Numbered from the stretch's first letter, positions 19,397 to 29,854 are shown. The stretch: DNA of 64,000 nucleotides from Candidatus Colwellbacteria bacterium (GCA_028710275.1 JAQTUL010000001.1:73031-137030), one strand, 5' to 3'. The notes: generated by a model not told the origin, from the sequence alone. Numbers and translations: made by a program.

Positions 19397-19957
19397 ATGA
19401 CTACCCCAAATTCAACAACCAAAGGCTCTATAAACTCTTTCACATGGAAAAGATTTCCAGTTGAAGAGGAGAAATTTGCTATATGTCTGGTACAGTCGGG
19501 AGAGCGAACACGAGAGTTTGACAACCTTTGTGAATATATAAAAATAATTTTTCCGGAGAATCTGATCGTACACGATTCCCCCGAATCCTATATTCCACAA
19601 ACGAAAAAAACAACTATTATACGCGAGTGTATAAAGACTAATGAAAAGGATTATCCCAAGTGGTTAGAAGATCACAACATTATTCAAGAGTATCTTCGAA
19701 ATTCGCATGTAATAATCTCGGGTGAATTTGATAACATTCCGACCACTGTTCTAACCAATTCGAGACTAATTATATTTGAATCGCAAGACGATACAAATAG
19801 ATATCTTCAGCCAACGCATGGGGCGACTCTTAATAATTTCAACACTGAATCCAATTTTATTGTGGTAGACAAATCGATAATGGGACATTTTAATATCTCT
19901 GGGTTGTTTAAGAACGAGTTAGTTCGGTATAGCAGAGATCATCAACTTTCTCCGTAA
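19397..19957 (+). CDS. Hypothetical protein
   Basis: 186-aa ORF in its own slot. No motif recognised. Confidence 0.4.
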   Translation: MTTPNSTTKGSINSFTWKRFPVEEEKFAICLVQSGERTREFDNLCEYIKIIFPENLIVHDSPESYIPQTKKTTIIRECIKTNEKDYPKWLEDHNIIQEYLRNSHVIISGEFDNIPTTVLTNSRLIIFESQDDTNRYLQPTHGATLNNFNTESNFIVVDKSIMGHFNISGLFKNELVRYSRDHQLSP

Positions 19958-20396
19958 ACTCGTTCTTCGCGAATTGATGTTTCATAATTATTGTGTTATA
20001 GAGACGGAGAGATTCAATTTTCCGAAGGAAATCCGCATTTGGTCTATCAGTCCCGTCGGGAAGTTTGAATTGTGTTTTTCTCCATTTATCGATCCATTCG
20101 TTGAGAACATTCACAAGATAGTTGGATTCAGTATAAAACGTAATCGTCCTTTTTCGTTCATTTCCAATCCACTCCAGAAACTCGATGACCGGTACAAGTT
20201 GTAGTCTCTCCTTATTAACGATATCACTCTCTCCTGAAACGAAAGTGATATCCTTCTTTCCATCAATATAGACAAAAGCCCATGTAGATTTATTCTCACC
20301 GATAACTCCTTTCAACCACACCTGAATCTCCTCGATCTTTTCGGTTTTCTCTTTTTTTCTCTCACGATGAAACTGAAAATCTGATGCGTCGGTCAT
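19908..20396 (-). CDS. Ribonuclease H-like protein
   Basis: 'VYIDGKKD' (compare YTDGS) ... 'FYTESNYLVNVLNEWIDKWRKT' (compare TDSQYV..I..W) ... 'NADFLRKI', in RNase HI order. Confidence 0.6.
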   Translation of the reverse strand: MTDASDFQFHRERKKEKTEKIEEIQVWLKGVIGENKSTWAFVYIDGKKDITFVSGESDIVNKERLQLVPVIEFLEWIGNERKRTITFYTESNYLVNVLNEWIDKWRKTQFKLPDGTDRPNADFLRKIESLRLYNTIIMKHQFAKNEFTEKVDDLCYTELTRS

Positions 20397-20415
20397 AACT
20401 TCGATACCATATTTA

Positions 20416-21003
20416 CTATATCATGGTCTGAATCACTTTTAATTTCTTTATAAATGAGATATTTTTGTCGATCTGATCAAGAGATATTAATGAAAGAGGA
20501 ATGCAAGAAAGAAAAATACCTGTACTCTCAACAATCTCTTCTGTAAATTCATAATTTACAAAAGTAGATTCAATATCGTTATTATCCATTGAATTGTAAA
20601 AATCTTTGACATCCCGCTCAGTTATCTCTTTAATTGTTGAAATTATATATACACCTCGACCCGTAATGATAATAAAAATAAGAGATATATTGTTCATTGA
20701 TACAATCATATCCTCGAGTGATGGATACGCATTCATCAATTGTATACCAAATGGATGTGAATGCCACACAACATCGGTATGTGTTTGAAGATTGAGTATT
20801 GTGTACGGACGATCCGAATCGTAATCGTAACATGTAACATTAGTGTCTAGACGAAATCCGCGTCCGTAAATATATTCTCCTCCAAGTTCATAACGTCTAA
20901 TCAATGAGAGTAAACAGAGAAGGTCGTCTATATTGTAGATCTCTTGTCTTCTCTTAAGTTTTATAACCAAATCGACATTTGGAAAAGAGAGATCAGTTGT
21001 CAT
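20416..21003 (-). CDS. Hypothetical protein (weak JAB/MPN-like HxH...S..D motif)
   Basis: 'WHSHPFGIQLMNAYPSLED' approximates a JAMM motif but the spacing is off. Confidence 0.4.
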   Translation of the reverse strand: MTTDLSFPNVDLVIKLKRRQEIYNIDDLLCLLSLIRRYELGGEYIYGRGFRLDTNVTCYDYDSDRPYTILNLQTHTDVVWHSHPFGIQLMNAYPSLEDMIVSMNNISLIFIIITGRGVYIISTIKEITERDVKDFYNSMDNNDIESTFVNYEFTEEIVESTGIFLSCIPLSLISLDQIDKNISFIKKLKVIQTMI

Positions 21004-21004
21004 T

Positions 21005-21025
21005 TCTATTTTATGAAAATAGAAT
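21005..21025 (-). terminator. 3'-end hairpin of the RING gene
   Basis: 'ttctatttt atg aaaatagaa'. Confidence 0.5.
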
Positions 21026-21027
21026 AA

Positions 21028-21591
21028 CTATATTTCGGATATATCAGGAAAGTCCTCGATGTCGGATATACTAAAATCTTCATGAACATCAACATCGTCT
21101 CCAAGTATAATTGAATTTCCTCCAACATCAACATGGAGAAATCCTGCGACAAACTCTTCTCTCATATATTCAGGTACTCCTCGGAGAAGAGATTCTATCA
21201 GTTCAAGAATCTGTGGTGGAAGAATAACATCATTATCAATACTCTCTGTTTTTTTATGAATTCGTCTCTTTATTCGTTTTTCTTCTGCAGTAAACTTTAT
21301 TGGTGCTCGACACATCGGGCATGTATCCTCTTTCCATTTCATCAAACAATCCTTATGTATCCAATGTCCACAATGTGTTGGACGATCTACATTATGAAGA
21401 CTCTCCATACAAATGGGACAATCTTCTGGTTTCTCTAAACTAAATTGTTTATGGTGAAGTTTACAATATTTTCCTCCATTATAAATCTTATTTTTACAAA
21501 GACTACCCCTTTTTGTCTTTACACAACATGTCTGATACAACAGATCCCGATCTGTAAGAATTAAAACATCATCTCCGTGTAAATGGCTCAT
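21028..21591 (-). CDS. RING-H2 finger protein (putative E3 ligase)
   Basis: 'CPICMESLHNVDRPTHCGHWIHKDCLMKWKEDTCPMCR'. Confidence 0.75.
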   Translation of the reverse strand: MSHLHGDDVLILTDRDLLYQTCCVKTKRGSLCKNKIYNGGKYCKLHHKQFSLEKPEDCPICMESLHNVDRPTHCGHWIHKDCLMKWKEDTCPMCRAPIKFTAEEKRIKRRIHKKTESIDNDVILPPQILELIESLLRGVPEYMREEFVAGFLHVDVGGNSIILGDDVDVHEDFSISDIEDFPDISEI

Positions 21592-21646
21592 TTATAAATA
21601 TACAATATTGTATATTTATATACTAATTGCGATCAATTTCAGTGGT

Positions 21647-24600
21647 TTATAAGACCAAATAATAAAATGCATAGGTTCCGTTCGGAAGTCTCGTTGCATT
21701 TTGTGTTATAGTAAAACCGTTAATAGTTATGTTTGTTGATGCAATAAATGGAATTGTGCTTACCGCTAACGATGCAAATGTTGCACTAGCAGGAGATATT
21801 ATCACAGCTTTTGGAGCAACATTGTAAGGTTTATTAAAAGTTACTGTAAACATTTGTCCGGCATTTGTTCCTCCTGTAACGACAAAGTTAATAACTCCAC
21901 TTATATCCGACCCTGCGATAGACGATGATGAAACTACGACACCCGCATTTATTGTTAATGTTGGAGATAATGTTGTACCGACAATATGATCAGCGTTTAA
22001 TGTAGTAACCGATGCGGTTACTCCCGTGATATTATTTGTTCCGAGATTTGTTAAGAACGCGTTAGTTCCTGTAATGTTACTAGTTGTGATATTAGTTATT
22101 GATGCACTAACTCCTGTAATGTTATTGGTTCCGAGATTAGTTAAGAACGCATTAGTTCCAGTGAAATTTGTAGTAATGAGATTAGTAAATGATGAACTTT
22201 GAGGACTTGGTAAAAATATTGACCACGGACTTGTTGATGAAAATTGTACATCAATACCGAGATTTCCATTTGTTACTCCACCCTGATTAGGAAAAACTCC
22301 CGACGTAAAAGACTGACCACTACTTGTAACTCGTAAGTGAGTCGAATTTGGACTTGGATTGATTGGAAAGGATTGAAAAGTGGTCCAATAAGTCGCGCCA
22401 TTCGGAACATTACATGACACAACATATGTTGTTCCAGCTGTTACCGCTGTAGGGGTCGTAAAATATGCAATTTGATACCCGGAAGTGGATTCTCCTGAAA
22501 AAACAACGGAATTTAATAATACACCACCAGATGTCCATAACTTTCCTGTATGTGTTCCTATATTATTAGCATATTTAAAAAACACGACACCCGAGATAAA
22601 TCCATTTATGAGAGGAGAAAAATACATACCATTTTCCCAATTACCTCCTGCATTTTGAGTAGTACCAGATGAATAGTCTGTAGGATAGTACATAGCCTCG
22701 TACGCACCCAATAACGCAGGATCGATATTTGTGTTTGTTATGTTACTTATATAATTGGTAGAATTTCTAAGAACAACATCAGTCGGACTATATGTTGTTA
22801 TCGAATTCCACGCTCCTTTATATGTAAATCCGGGTCCAGTAGGACCTGTTATCTGTAACGATATTCCGTTGATAAGATACTGACTGGCATCTATTGTTGT
22901 TGCTTTCAAATTAGTAATGAATCCGTTAGTTCCTGTAACGTTGGTAACAAAAAGATTAGTATGAGTAGAGTTAGTAAATAATGCACTTACTCCTGTAATG
23001 TTATTGGTTCCGAGATTAGTTAAGAACGCATTAGCTCCTGTAATGTTACTAGCAGTAATGTTAGTAAACGATGAACTTACCCCTGTAATGTTATTAGTTC
23101 CGAGATTAGTTAAGAACGCATTAGTTCCAGTAATATTAGTAAAAGATGCGGTTACACCAGTGATATTATTAGTTCCGAGATTCGTTAAGAACGCATTAGT
23201 TCCAGTAATATTAGTAAAAGATGCGGTTACACCAGTGATATTATTAGTTCCGAGATTAGTTAAGAAAGCACTTACACCAGTGATGTTACTAGTTGTGATA
23301 TTAGTTATTGACGCGCTAACTCCTGTAATGTTATTGGTTCCGAGATTAGTTAAGAAAGCACTTACACCAGTGATGTTATTAGTTCTGATATTAGTAAACG
23401 ATGCACTTACCCCAGTGATGTTATTTATACTTATACTTCCATTCGAATCTCTGATAACAAGTGTGTTCGATATATTACTTCCTGTTGCAGAATCTAATTT
23501 TATTTTATCGGCACTAGTCATAAATCCATTTACACTTTGTGTAACTGCCGAATGTAAACTTCCTCCCGGTTGATTATCGTGCGCGTGTACATGATCAGAA
23601 ACAGCAAAATCGTGCGCTATTCCGAGAGAATTAACAGTTCCTATACTAACTGGTATACTAACCGGCAAAGGATCACTCCCATTTGTTACATGTCTATTTG
23701 CATGATTAAATATATTCATTCCTGTAGCGTTCAGATCGTAAACATTATTTACAGTCGAGTTTACACTAACCAAATTATTACCACCCATATTTATATTACC
23801 ACCCATAATTCGTGTTCCATCTGTTCTAAAATACTGAGGGTGATCATCTCCTGTTGTTAAATTTGACAAACTATGATGATCACTTGTCGCGGTAACTGAT
23901 CCTCCAGATCTAAAAGAGAGAGTAGGTCTCTGATCGATTATTCCATCCTGTGGAATAACACTTCCGTATAATATATCATTTGTAACTATAACACCGGCGA
24001 TCTGAGGGACATCTTCTGATATAAAAGAAGGTATTGTTGGAGATGGACCAACTTGAGCAGAAGCTAAACTTGAAAAAGTCTGTTGACCAAATACCAATAG
24101 ATATATAGGATTTCCTGCACCATTGTTATCAACAATGTATAATGTATGTTTAACATACTGTCCAACTGGTACCGTCTGTAATACTCCACTATTATTATCC
24201 CATTGAGATGAGACATGTGATGTTGTGTTTGAGATATATCCACCAAATGTATCTCTATAAAATGTTATCATATTTATATTAAGGGTTTGAGGGAGATTAT
24301 GTTGACGTGTTGAAAAGAAAAATGTACCTGAAGTAACGTTTATCATACTACCAGTTGAACTTGATGGAGTACATATCAATCCCGAGGAAACAATTGGTCC
24401 GAATCCATAACGTAGAGTATTGTCAATATACGACGTCGCGTATGACCCGTTACGGCCCGAATTCTGATTATAAAAAGAAGATCCTGTTCCCGTATGTACA
24501 TCTCCCAGGTCTATAATTGATAACGAGTCCGATTCACTATTAGATTGTTGAAATATACCATTTTGATCTATATATAGATGGTTTTGTGAATTTGCAGGTA

Positions 24601-25327
24601 AAGATATAGTTTGAGGATCCCATGTTACGTATTTTAATTCATCGTTAGGAATATTTCCGATTGATATATATCCCGATCCAGTCGCAACGGTTGCTGTTAG
24701 ATTTGATGTTGTAAAAGGAATAGTACTTAATGATCCGATACTTCCCAGTTGTGTCGAGTATTTTTGAGAATTAGTAACATCAACCAGTGAATTGAAATTC
24801 ATACCAACAAATTGTTTCCCTGATAGAACAATAGATTGATTATTGTACGATTGTAAAATTAAATTGGGAGATTGAATAGAAATTTTATCCAAATTCATGA
24901 CCCCGTTTATAACTCCGGTTACACCCGGATGATCATCGACTATATCATGAATACAATTTTGACAAACAACTCCCAAACAATTCAGAATTGAAGGAGTTCC
25001 TAGATTAGGAATACTTATAGCTGTGCCAAATAATAGAACATTACAATTTGAAAGTGTTACATTTACCCCGTTAAATAATCTTATAAAAATTTCAGTTGAT
25101 ATTGCCGGTAGTGCAAGAATATTTGAAATCACAATTGATGTATTTGGTCCTGAGACGTCAAACAATGTTAACGGAGACACTGTATTATTCATTCCGGCAA
25201 ATACAGAGGTTGTTATTGTAAAAGTAGATCTGTCCACTCCTGTAGTTGATGTTATGACAATTCCATTTGTATATGTATCCGCGGGATTTGTTGTTATAGA
25301 ATCAAATATTATGATTGATGATCCCAA
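21647..25327 (-). CDS. Large fibre/fibril-like structural protein with N/T/S-rich beta-helix tandem repeats
   Basis: About 15 tandem copies of roughly 'NITGVSASFTNITGTNAFLTNLGTN'. The underlying DNA repeats directly across roughly 21990-23430. Confidence 0.6.
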   Translation of the reverse strand: MGSSIIIFDSITTNPADTYTNGIVITSTTGVDRSTFTITTSVFAGMNNTVSPLTLFDVSGPNTSIVISNILALPAISTEIFIRLFNGVNVTLSNCNVLLFGTAISIPNLGTPSILNCLGVVCQNCIHDIVDDHPGVTGVINGVMNLDKISIQSPNLILQSYNNQSIVLSGKQFVGMNFNSLVDVTNSQKYSTQLGSIGSLSTIPFTTSNLTATVATGSGYISIGNIPNDELKYVTWDPQTISLPANSQNHLYIDQNGIFQQSNSESDSLSIIDLGDVHTGTGSSFYNQNSGRNGSYATSYIDNTLRYGFGPIVSSGLICTPSSSTGSMINVTSGTFFFSTRQHNLPQTLNINMITFYRDTFGGYISNTTSHVSSQWDNNSGVLQTVPVGQYVKHTLYIVDNNGAGNPIYLLVFGQQTFSSLASAQVGPSPTIPSFISEDVPQIAGVIVTNDILYGSVIPQDGIIDQRPTLSFRSGGSVTATSDHHSLSNLTTGDDHPQYFRTDGTRIMGGNINMGGNNLVSVNSTVNNVYDLNATGMNIFNHANRHVTNGSDPLPVSIPVSIGTVNSLGIAHDFAVSDHVHAHDNQPGGSLHSAVTQSVNGFMTSADKIKLDSATGSNISNTLVIRDSNGSISINNITGVSASFTNIRTNNITGVSAFLTNLGTNNITGVSASITNITTSNITGVSAFLTNLGTNNITGVTASFTNITGTNAFLTNLGTNNITGVTASFTNITGTNAFLTNLGTNNITGVSSSFTNITASNITGANAFLTNLGTNNITGVSALFTNSTHTNLFVTNVTGTNGFITNLKATTIDASQYLINGISLQITGPTGPGFTYKGAWNSITTYSPTDVVLRNSTNYISNITNTNIDPALLGAYEAMYYPTDYSSGTTQNAGGNWENGMYFSPLINGFISGVVFFKYANNIGTHTGKLWTSGGVLLNSVVFSGESTSGYQIAYFTTPTAVTAGTTYVVSCNVPNGATYWTTFQSFPINPSPNSTHLRVTSSGQSFTSGVFPNQGGVTNGNLGIDVQFSSTSPWSIFLPSPQSSSFTNLITTNFTGTNAFLTNLGTNNITGVSASITNITTSNITGTNAFLTNLGTNNITGVTASVTTLNADHIVGTTLSPTLTINAGVVVSSSSIAGSDISGVINFVVTGGTNAGQMFTVTFNKPYNVAPKAVIISPASATFASLAVSTIPFIASTNITINGFTITQNATRLPNGTYAFYYLVL
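21990..23430. repeat. Degenerate tandem DNA repeats (about 72-bp unit) inside the fibre-protein gene
   Basis: Recurring 'ccgagattagttaagaa(c/a)gcattagttcc(t/a)gtaatgtta...' blocks. Confidence 0.7.
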
Positions 25328-26997
25328 AGAATTATCTTGGTATAATATTCTATTTGTCCCCCTAAATGTGCAATTTTGTAATGTAAGAGGAGAAGATAAA
25401 GTTGACCCGTTATGTACAATCGTTGATGTATTTGTTCCTGTTGGACAGCTATGGTAAGGTGTTTTATCGAATCTGTGTTTGAACAGGTTAAAAAATTACT
25501 TGTGTTATCACTCGGAACAAGTATACATGATTGCTCATCAACCCCGCTGATAACTATTCCATGAGGTATTGTAATAGGAGGTTCGATGTATGTTCCAGGC
25601 GTTATATTTATAATATAGTTATTTGTTGAAGAAGAATCTGTTATATAATTTAAGGCAGAATTTAGACTCGTAAAATTACCTCCTTTTTTTGAAACAGTAT
25701 ATACATTGTTATTTTTATTATATATATAGAATGGTGATGAAGTTGGTATTATAGTTTTACCAACATCAGTCACACCAAAGAAATACCCACTAGTCCCAGT
25801 GCTGACATTTATATCGATAATATTATCGGTAAGAGATGGACCATTGAATTGAAGGGTACATATTGACGATCCAATAGATTCTATAGCTGTTCCATAATTA
25901 TTTATCACAACAACTTGACAATCAACAATCGCGTTGCTCGTTGCAGAGATTCCAACACCTATATTATCTATTCCGCTAATCTGTCCACTTTCATATCGTA
26001 ATTGACAATTTTGACCGACATTCACACTTGGAGATAATGAATTACTGATTTGATGAATTATAAAGTGGTTCTCTAAACTTAAAAAATTAATAAACGTTGA
26101 ATTATCCATAACCATATCATTTATACAGTCCGTAAAATCACAGTATTCCATATAAATTTCTGAATCTTTCGTGGGGGAATTACAATAAAACCCTTGAAAA
26201 CAGTTTCTTATACTCACTTTATGTATCAGTACAGACGGAATACCTGCATCGGTTACTGATATACCAACACCTGTTACGTTTTCTATTATACAATTATATA
26301 ATGTGGATCCTTCTTCCATATGTATCATATCATGACCACCATTGGGTCTAATAATCACACTTTCTAATTGTTGTCCCGCTACATAAACATAACCTGGTAT
26401 CGTTAATAAATTTTCGTTATAAACCCCCGTTTTTATATACACCATAAATGGATTTGTTACACTTGGACCGGGAATAGAAGATACACATGATGATATCGCG
26501 CTTTCGATCGTAAGAAATTCATCTGCTGTGGGATTGTTCGATACTGTTTTAAGATTTGTTACAGGAAACAAATACGGGTCGAAAAGTAAATTACCTGTAC
26601 TATCTGTTGATAAATACGATTTTGACATATTAGGTATAGATTGTGGTAGAGTTAATATTATCGACCCAGTCATCCCAGTCGATGATTGAAAAGTTGTGCT
26701 ATAAGCTCCGGATATAAAATTAATACTACTGGTTCGAAGTGTGTTTGATACCAAGAAATCAGATGTGACTGAATTGGAAAACGATGCTGTATCTCCTGAC
26801 AGATTGTTTGTTACGACAATATTATTGAATACTGGATCTGTTGGAATTTTTCCCGAACCAGTAGGACCCGTAGGTCCGCCATTTCCAAATCCCGGATTTA
26901 GAATCTGTTCAGTTGCTACTACACCGGATATAGTTTTTACATCACTTCTTACAGGTAGAATGTAACGTAGTTTAAACGACATTATTAATAACAACAA
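25309..26997 (-). CDS. Fibre-associated / parallel beta-helix (pectate-lyase-like) repeat protein
   Basis: Rich in N/T/S/G/I/V with 'NCIIENVTGVGISVTD'-type beta-helix rungs. Overlaps the upstream fibre gene by 19 nt. Confidence 0.55.
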   Translation of the reverse strand: MLLLIMSFKLRYILPVRSDVKTISGVVATEQILNPGFGNGGPTGPTGSGKIPTDPVFNNIVVTNNLSGDTASFSNSVTSDFLVSNTLRTSSINFISGAYSTTFQSSTGMTGSIILTLPQSIPNMSKSYLSTDSTGNLLFDPYLFPVTNLKTVSNNPTADEFLTIESAISSCVSSIPGPSVTNPFMVYIKTGVYNENLLTIPGYVYVAGQQLESVIIRPNGGHDMIHMEEGSTLYNCIIENVTGVGISVTDAGIPSVLIHKVSIRNCFQGFYCNSPTKDSEIYMEYCDFTDCINDMVMDNSTFINFLSLENHFIIHQISNSLSPSVNVGQNCQLRYESGQISGIDNIGVGISATSNAIVDCQVVVINNYGTAIESIGSSICTLQFNGPSLTDNIIDINVSTGTSGYFFGVTDVGKTIIPTSSPFYIYNKNNNVYTVSKKGGNFTSLNSALNYITDSSSTNNYIINITPGTYIEPPITIPHGIVISGVDEQSCILVPSDNTSNFLTCSNTDSIKHLTIAVQQEQIHQRLYITGQLYLLLLHYKIAHLGGQIEYYTKIILWDHQS

Positions 26998-27055
26998 GAT
27001 TAAAAGTAATTCTATTTATTTTAAAGACTATATGTAATATAAACAAGTTGACATC

Positions 27056-27664
27056 ATGTCATATGACGACGACGAAAGACCGGGAGACGATCTTGATTTC
27101 GGGGGTGGAGGGGATTTTGAATATGACGACGAAGATATCGAAGAATACAAAACTCCAGTTGACGATCTAGAATACGGAGATGGTGGGGGAGACGATGAAT
27201 TTGTTGCTGATACCGATAGTAGAATAGATACTGGTGCTGAATGGAATGATTACGGTGATGGTGCATCAAAGTCGCGCGTCGGTATAGCAAGAGCTGCAGA
27301 TATAGATGAGGATATCGGAACTATGATGGTGGATGAAAAATTTAAGAAAATGGAACAGATGTCGAGAACACCAGAGGATATGTTTAGAATACTCGCACGA
27401 AAAATTAAGGAGCGATATGATATATCGGATGGAGTTTATGACGATTCGCTTCGTATTATGCAGTATCTGAACAAGCAGAATAGAAAGTTAAAATTCAAAA
27501 ATCCCGCAGCAATCATCTTTGCATTACTGTGTATAAAGGACACCAAAATAGACAATAAGTCTATCGATAAAATCTACGACGAGATGGCAAAACATGAGAA
27601 GATGAACAAGACTGATCTATTGAGATATATCTTCTTTGTTCAGGACGTGTTGAAAAATCGGTAA
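27056..27664 (+). CDS. Acidic hypothetical protein
   Basis: D/E/G-rich N-terminus. A perfect hairpin sits at its stop. Confidence 0.45.
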   Translation: MSYDDDERPGDDLDFGGGGDFEYDDEDIEEYKTPVDDLEYGDGGGDDEFVADTDSRIDTGAEWNDYGDGASKSRVGIARAADIDEDIGTMMVDEKFKKMEQMSRTPEDMFRILARKIKERYDISDGVYDDSLRIMQYLNKQNRKLKFKNPAAIIFALLCIKDTKIDNKSIDKIYDEMAKHEKMNKTDLLRYIFFVQDVLKNR

Positions 27665-27691
27665 TTATACTCCTTGAGAGTGTATAATTAC
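27661..27691 (+). terminator. 3'-end hairpin of gene 27056..27664
   Basis: 'gtaattatac'...'gtataattac'. Confidence 0.5.
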
Positions 27692-27717
27692 TATTCGGAT
27701 GTGGTGAGTGGAGTGAT

Positions 27718-28191
27718 TTAGAACACGTACTTGATGATCAAGACGATAAACAGTACCATGAGAATGAAGTAAGGAGAGAATGTCCGATTTGGAACATTCA
27801 CATTCACTTCGTGAGGATTCTTTCCTAGTAGATTCTTGGACCAACGGGAGGCTCCGAATTTGAGAAGCAGACGGACAGACTCATCGTCCGTCTGCTTGTG
27901 AAGAGGGGTGTTACCGTACAGGTTGACAGCGTTTGGAGATGATCCATAGATCAACAGAAGCTTAACCACTTCGGGACATTTCTTGTAGTGAAGAGGAGTA
28001 TTTCCCATCTTAGTTTTCGCGTTTGCATTCGCTCCCTGTTCCAGAAGATACTGAACAACCTCGGGGTCATTCTGGATATGAAGACATGTCTCACCAATCT
28101 CCGAACGGTCGTGAACAGAACACTTCTGCATGGTCACGAGATTCTGAACCTGGTTCAAAGACAGATTCGGAGTGAGAAGATCGAGAGACAT
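27718..28191 (-). CDS. Ankyrin-repeat protein with a C-terminal transmembrane helix
   Basis: Three ANK units ('GNTPLHYKKCPEVVKLLLIYGSSPNAVNLYGNTPLH') and a C-terminal 'FILMVLFIVLIIKYVF' helix. Confidence 0.7.
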   Translation of the reverse strand: MSLDLLTPNLSLNQVQNLVTMQKCSVHDRSEIGETCLHIQNDPEVVQYLLEQGANANAKTKMGNTPLHYKKCPEVVKLLLIYGSSPNAVNLYGNTPLHKQTDDESVRLLLKFGASRWSKNLLGKNPHEVNVNVPNRTFSPYFILMVLFIVLIIKYVF

Positions 28192-28559
28192 CGTGCGTTG
28201 AATAGAGTAATCGGATGTGGAGTGATATTCTCTCCTGATATTAGGAGAAATTCATTTTTTTTACATATGATCACACTCAAGTATCACCAAATCCAAGATC
28301 TATTGTCGGTGGATATCTATAGGTTTAATCTCTCCGAATACAAGCATACATCATCCATAGAACACCTTTTACACTTGAAATTTATACTCTATTCGCATAA
28401 TTTACCAAACATTGATTCAACTTAAGAAAGAACGATACAGGGGTTATCTAGTGGATGAATACAAACTCATGTTTACGCTGGTATCTAAACAAGATAAATT
28501 ACAGGTATTCTTTTCTGGATCTTTATTGTGTGTTAGAATATTCAGACGAGTCCATCACT

Positions 28560-29705
28560 TTAATCTATACAACCCGCTCTAGCAATATCCACTTTTCTCC
28601 CAATTCCCCCTCCATTCCCATCATCTGGACCACAATACCACTTCCAGAAACACTGAGACTTGTCCTTTGTTAGAAGATATAATCGGTACCAGTTTCTGAT
28701 TCGTAGAGATTTCACCTTGGATCTAAATTTCTTGAGTCTATTCAAGTGTATCTTCTGAAGTGATGGGTCATGTTTAAATTTGTTCTCGCTCAACCCCGTC
28801 CAACTCCATGGTTTCTCCGGATGGGCGAGAACAAACTCGGGAGTGATGTTCGGATTCTGGCTCAACCCCACCCAATCCCATGGTTTCTCCGGATGGGCGA
28901 TAACAAACTCGGGAGTGATACTCGGATTCCTGATCAGCCACTCCCAATCCCATGGTTTATCTGGATGAGCGAGAACAAACTCGGGAGTGATGTTCGGATT
29001 CTGACTCAACCAATTCCAATCCCATGGTTTATCTGGATGAGCGAGAACAAACTCGGGAGAGATGTTCGGATTCTGACTCAACCAATTCCAATACCATGGT
29101 TTCTCCGGATGAGCGAGAACAAACTCGGGAGTGATACTCGGATTCACACTCATAGAATCCCAATTCCATGGTTTCTCCGGATGGGCGAGAATAAATTCGG
29201 GAGTGATACTTGGATTCTCACTCAACGAATACCAATTCCATAGTTTCTCCGGATGAGCGAGAACAAACTCTGGAGTGATACTCGGATTCTCACTCAACGA
29301 ATACCAATTCCATAGTTTCTCCGGATGAGCGAGAACAAACTCGGGAGTGATGTTCGGATTCTGGCTCAACCAATACCAACTCCATGGTTTCTCCGGATGG
29401 GCGAGAACAAACTCTGGAGTGATACTCGGATTCATACTCAACCACTCCCAACTCCATGGTTTCTCCTGATGAGCGAGAACAAACTCGGGGGTGATATTCG
29501 GATTCATACTCAACCACCCCCAATCCCATGGTTTCTCCGGATGAGCGAGAACAAACTCGGGAGTGATGCTCGGATTCATACTCAAATCAGACCAACTCCA
29601 TGGTTTTTCCGGATGAGAGAGAATAATCAATTCTAATAGAGACATATGGTGAAGTAGTACAAATAAAAGATGTGAAATTAGGGATGTGGTGTTGGGAAAA
29701 ATCAC
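28560..29705 (-). CDS. Tandem-repeat protein (about 13 copies of a 22-aa 'NPxITPEFVLAHPEKPWxWxxLS' unit)
   Basis: The protein repeat is nearly perfect and is mirrored by 66-bp DNA repeats. Confidence 0.6.
   Translation of the reverse strand: MIFPNTTSLISHLLFVLLHHMSLLELIILSHPEKPWSWSDLSMNPSITPEFVLAHPEKPWDWGWLSMNPNITPEFVLAHQEKPWSWEWLSMNPSITPEFVLAHPEKPWSWYWLSQNPNITPEFVLAHPEKLWNWYSLSENPSITPEFVLAHPEKLWNWYSLSENPSITPEFILAHPEKPWNWDSMSVNPSITPEFVLAHPEKPWYWNWLSQNPNISPEFVLAHPDKPWDWNWLSQNPNITPEFVLAHPDKPWDWEWLIRNPSITPEFVIAHPEKPWDWVGLSQNPNITPEFVLAHPEKPWSWTGLSENKFKHDPSLQKIHLNRLKKFRSKVKSLRIRNWYRLYLLTKDKSQCFWKWYCGPDDGNGGGIGRKVDIARAGCID
28780..29640. repeat. 66-bp tandem repeats encoding the 22-aa 'PEKPWxW' units
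   Basis: 'ccatggtttctccggatg(a/g)gcgagaacaaactcgggagtgat' recurs about 13 times. Confidence 0.7.
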
Positions 29706-29726
29706 TTTTTATGTTATACTGGTATC

Positions 29727-29755
29727 AGTAATTTATCTATAAACAAGATAAATTA
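29727..29755 (-). terminator. Hairpin (10-bp stem) 100 nt 3' of the RPB1 exon-3 stop
   Basis: 'gtaatttatc tataaacaa gataaattac'. It is part of a 25-bp element that is repeated at 28484-28506. Confidence 0.4.
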
Positions 29756-29854
29756 CAGGTATTATGTTGATGATTGTTTAATATATTCAAGACAATCATC
29801 CTACAAAACAAGTGTGTATGATATGAATAGTTGGTAATATTCATTTTAGTAACT

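Noticed and set aside
21990-23430. Regularly spaced direct repeats that could superficially resemble a CRISPR array
   Set aside because: The repeats are degenerate, there are no unique spacers, and they lie entirely inside a long ORF encoding a matching protein repeat.
22998-23573. Antisense ORFs (22998..23573+, 28770..29243+, 29325..29636+, 2066..2401-, 2189..2470+) inside repeat or acidic genes
   Set aside because: They are frame-shadow ORFs created by repetitive or low-complexity coding sequence on the opposite strand. They have no independent signals.
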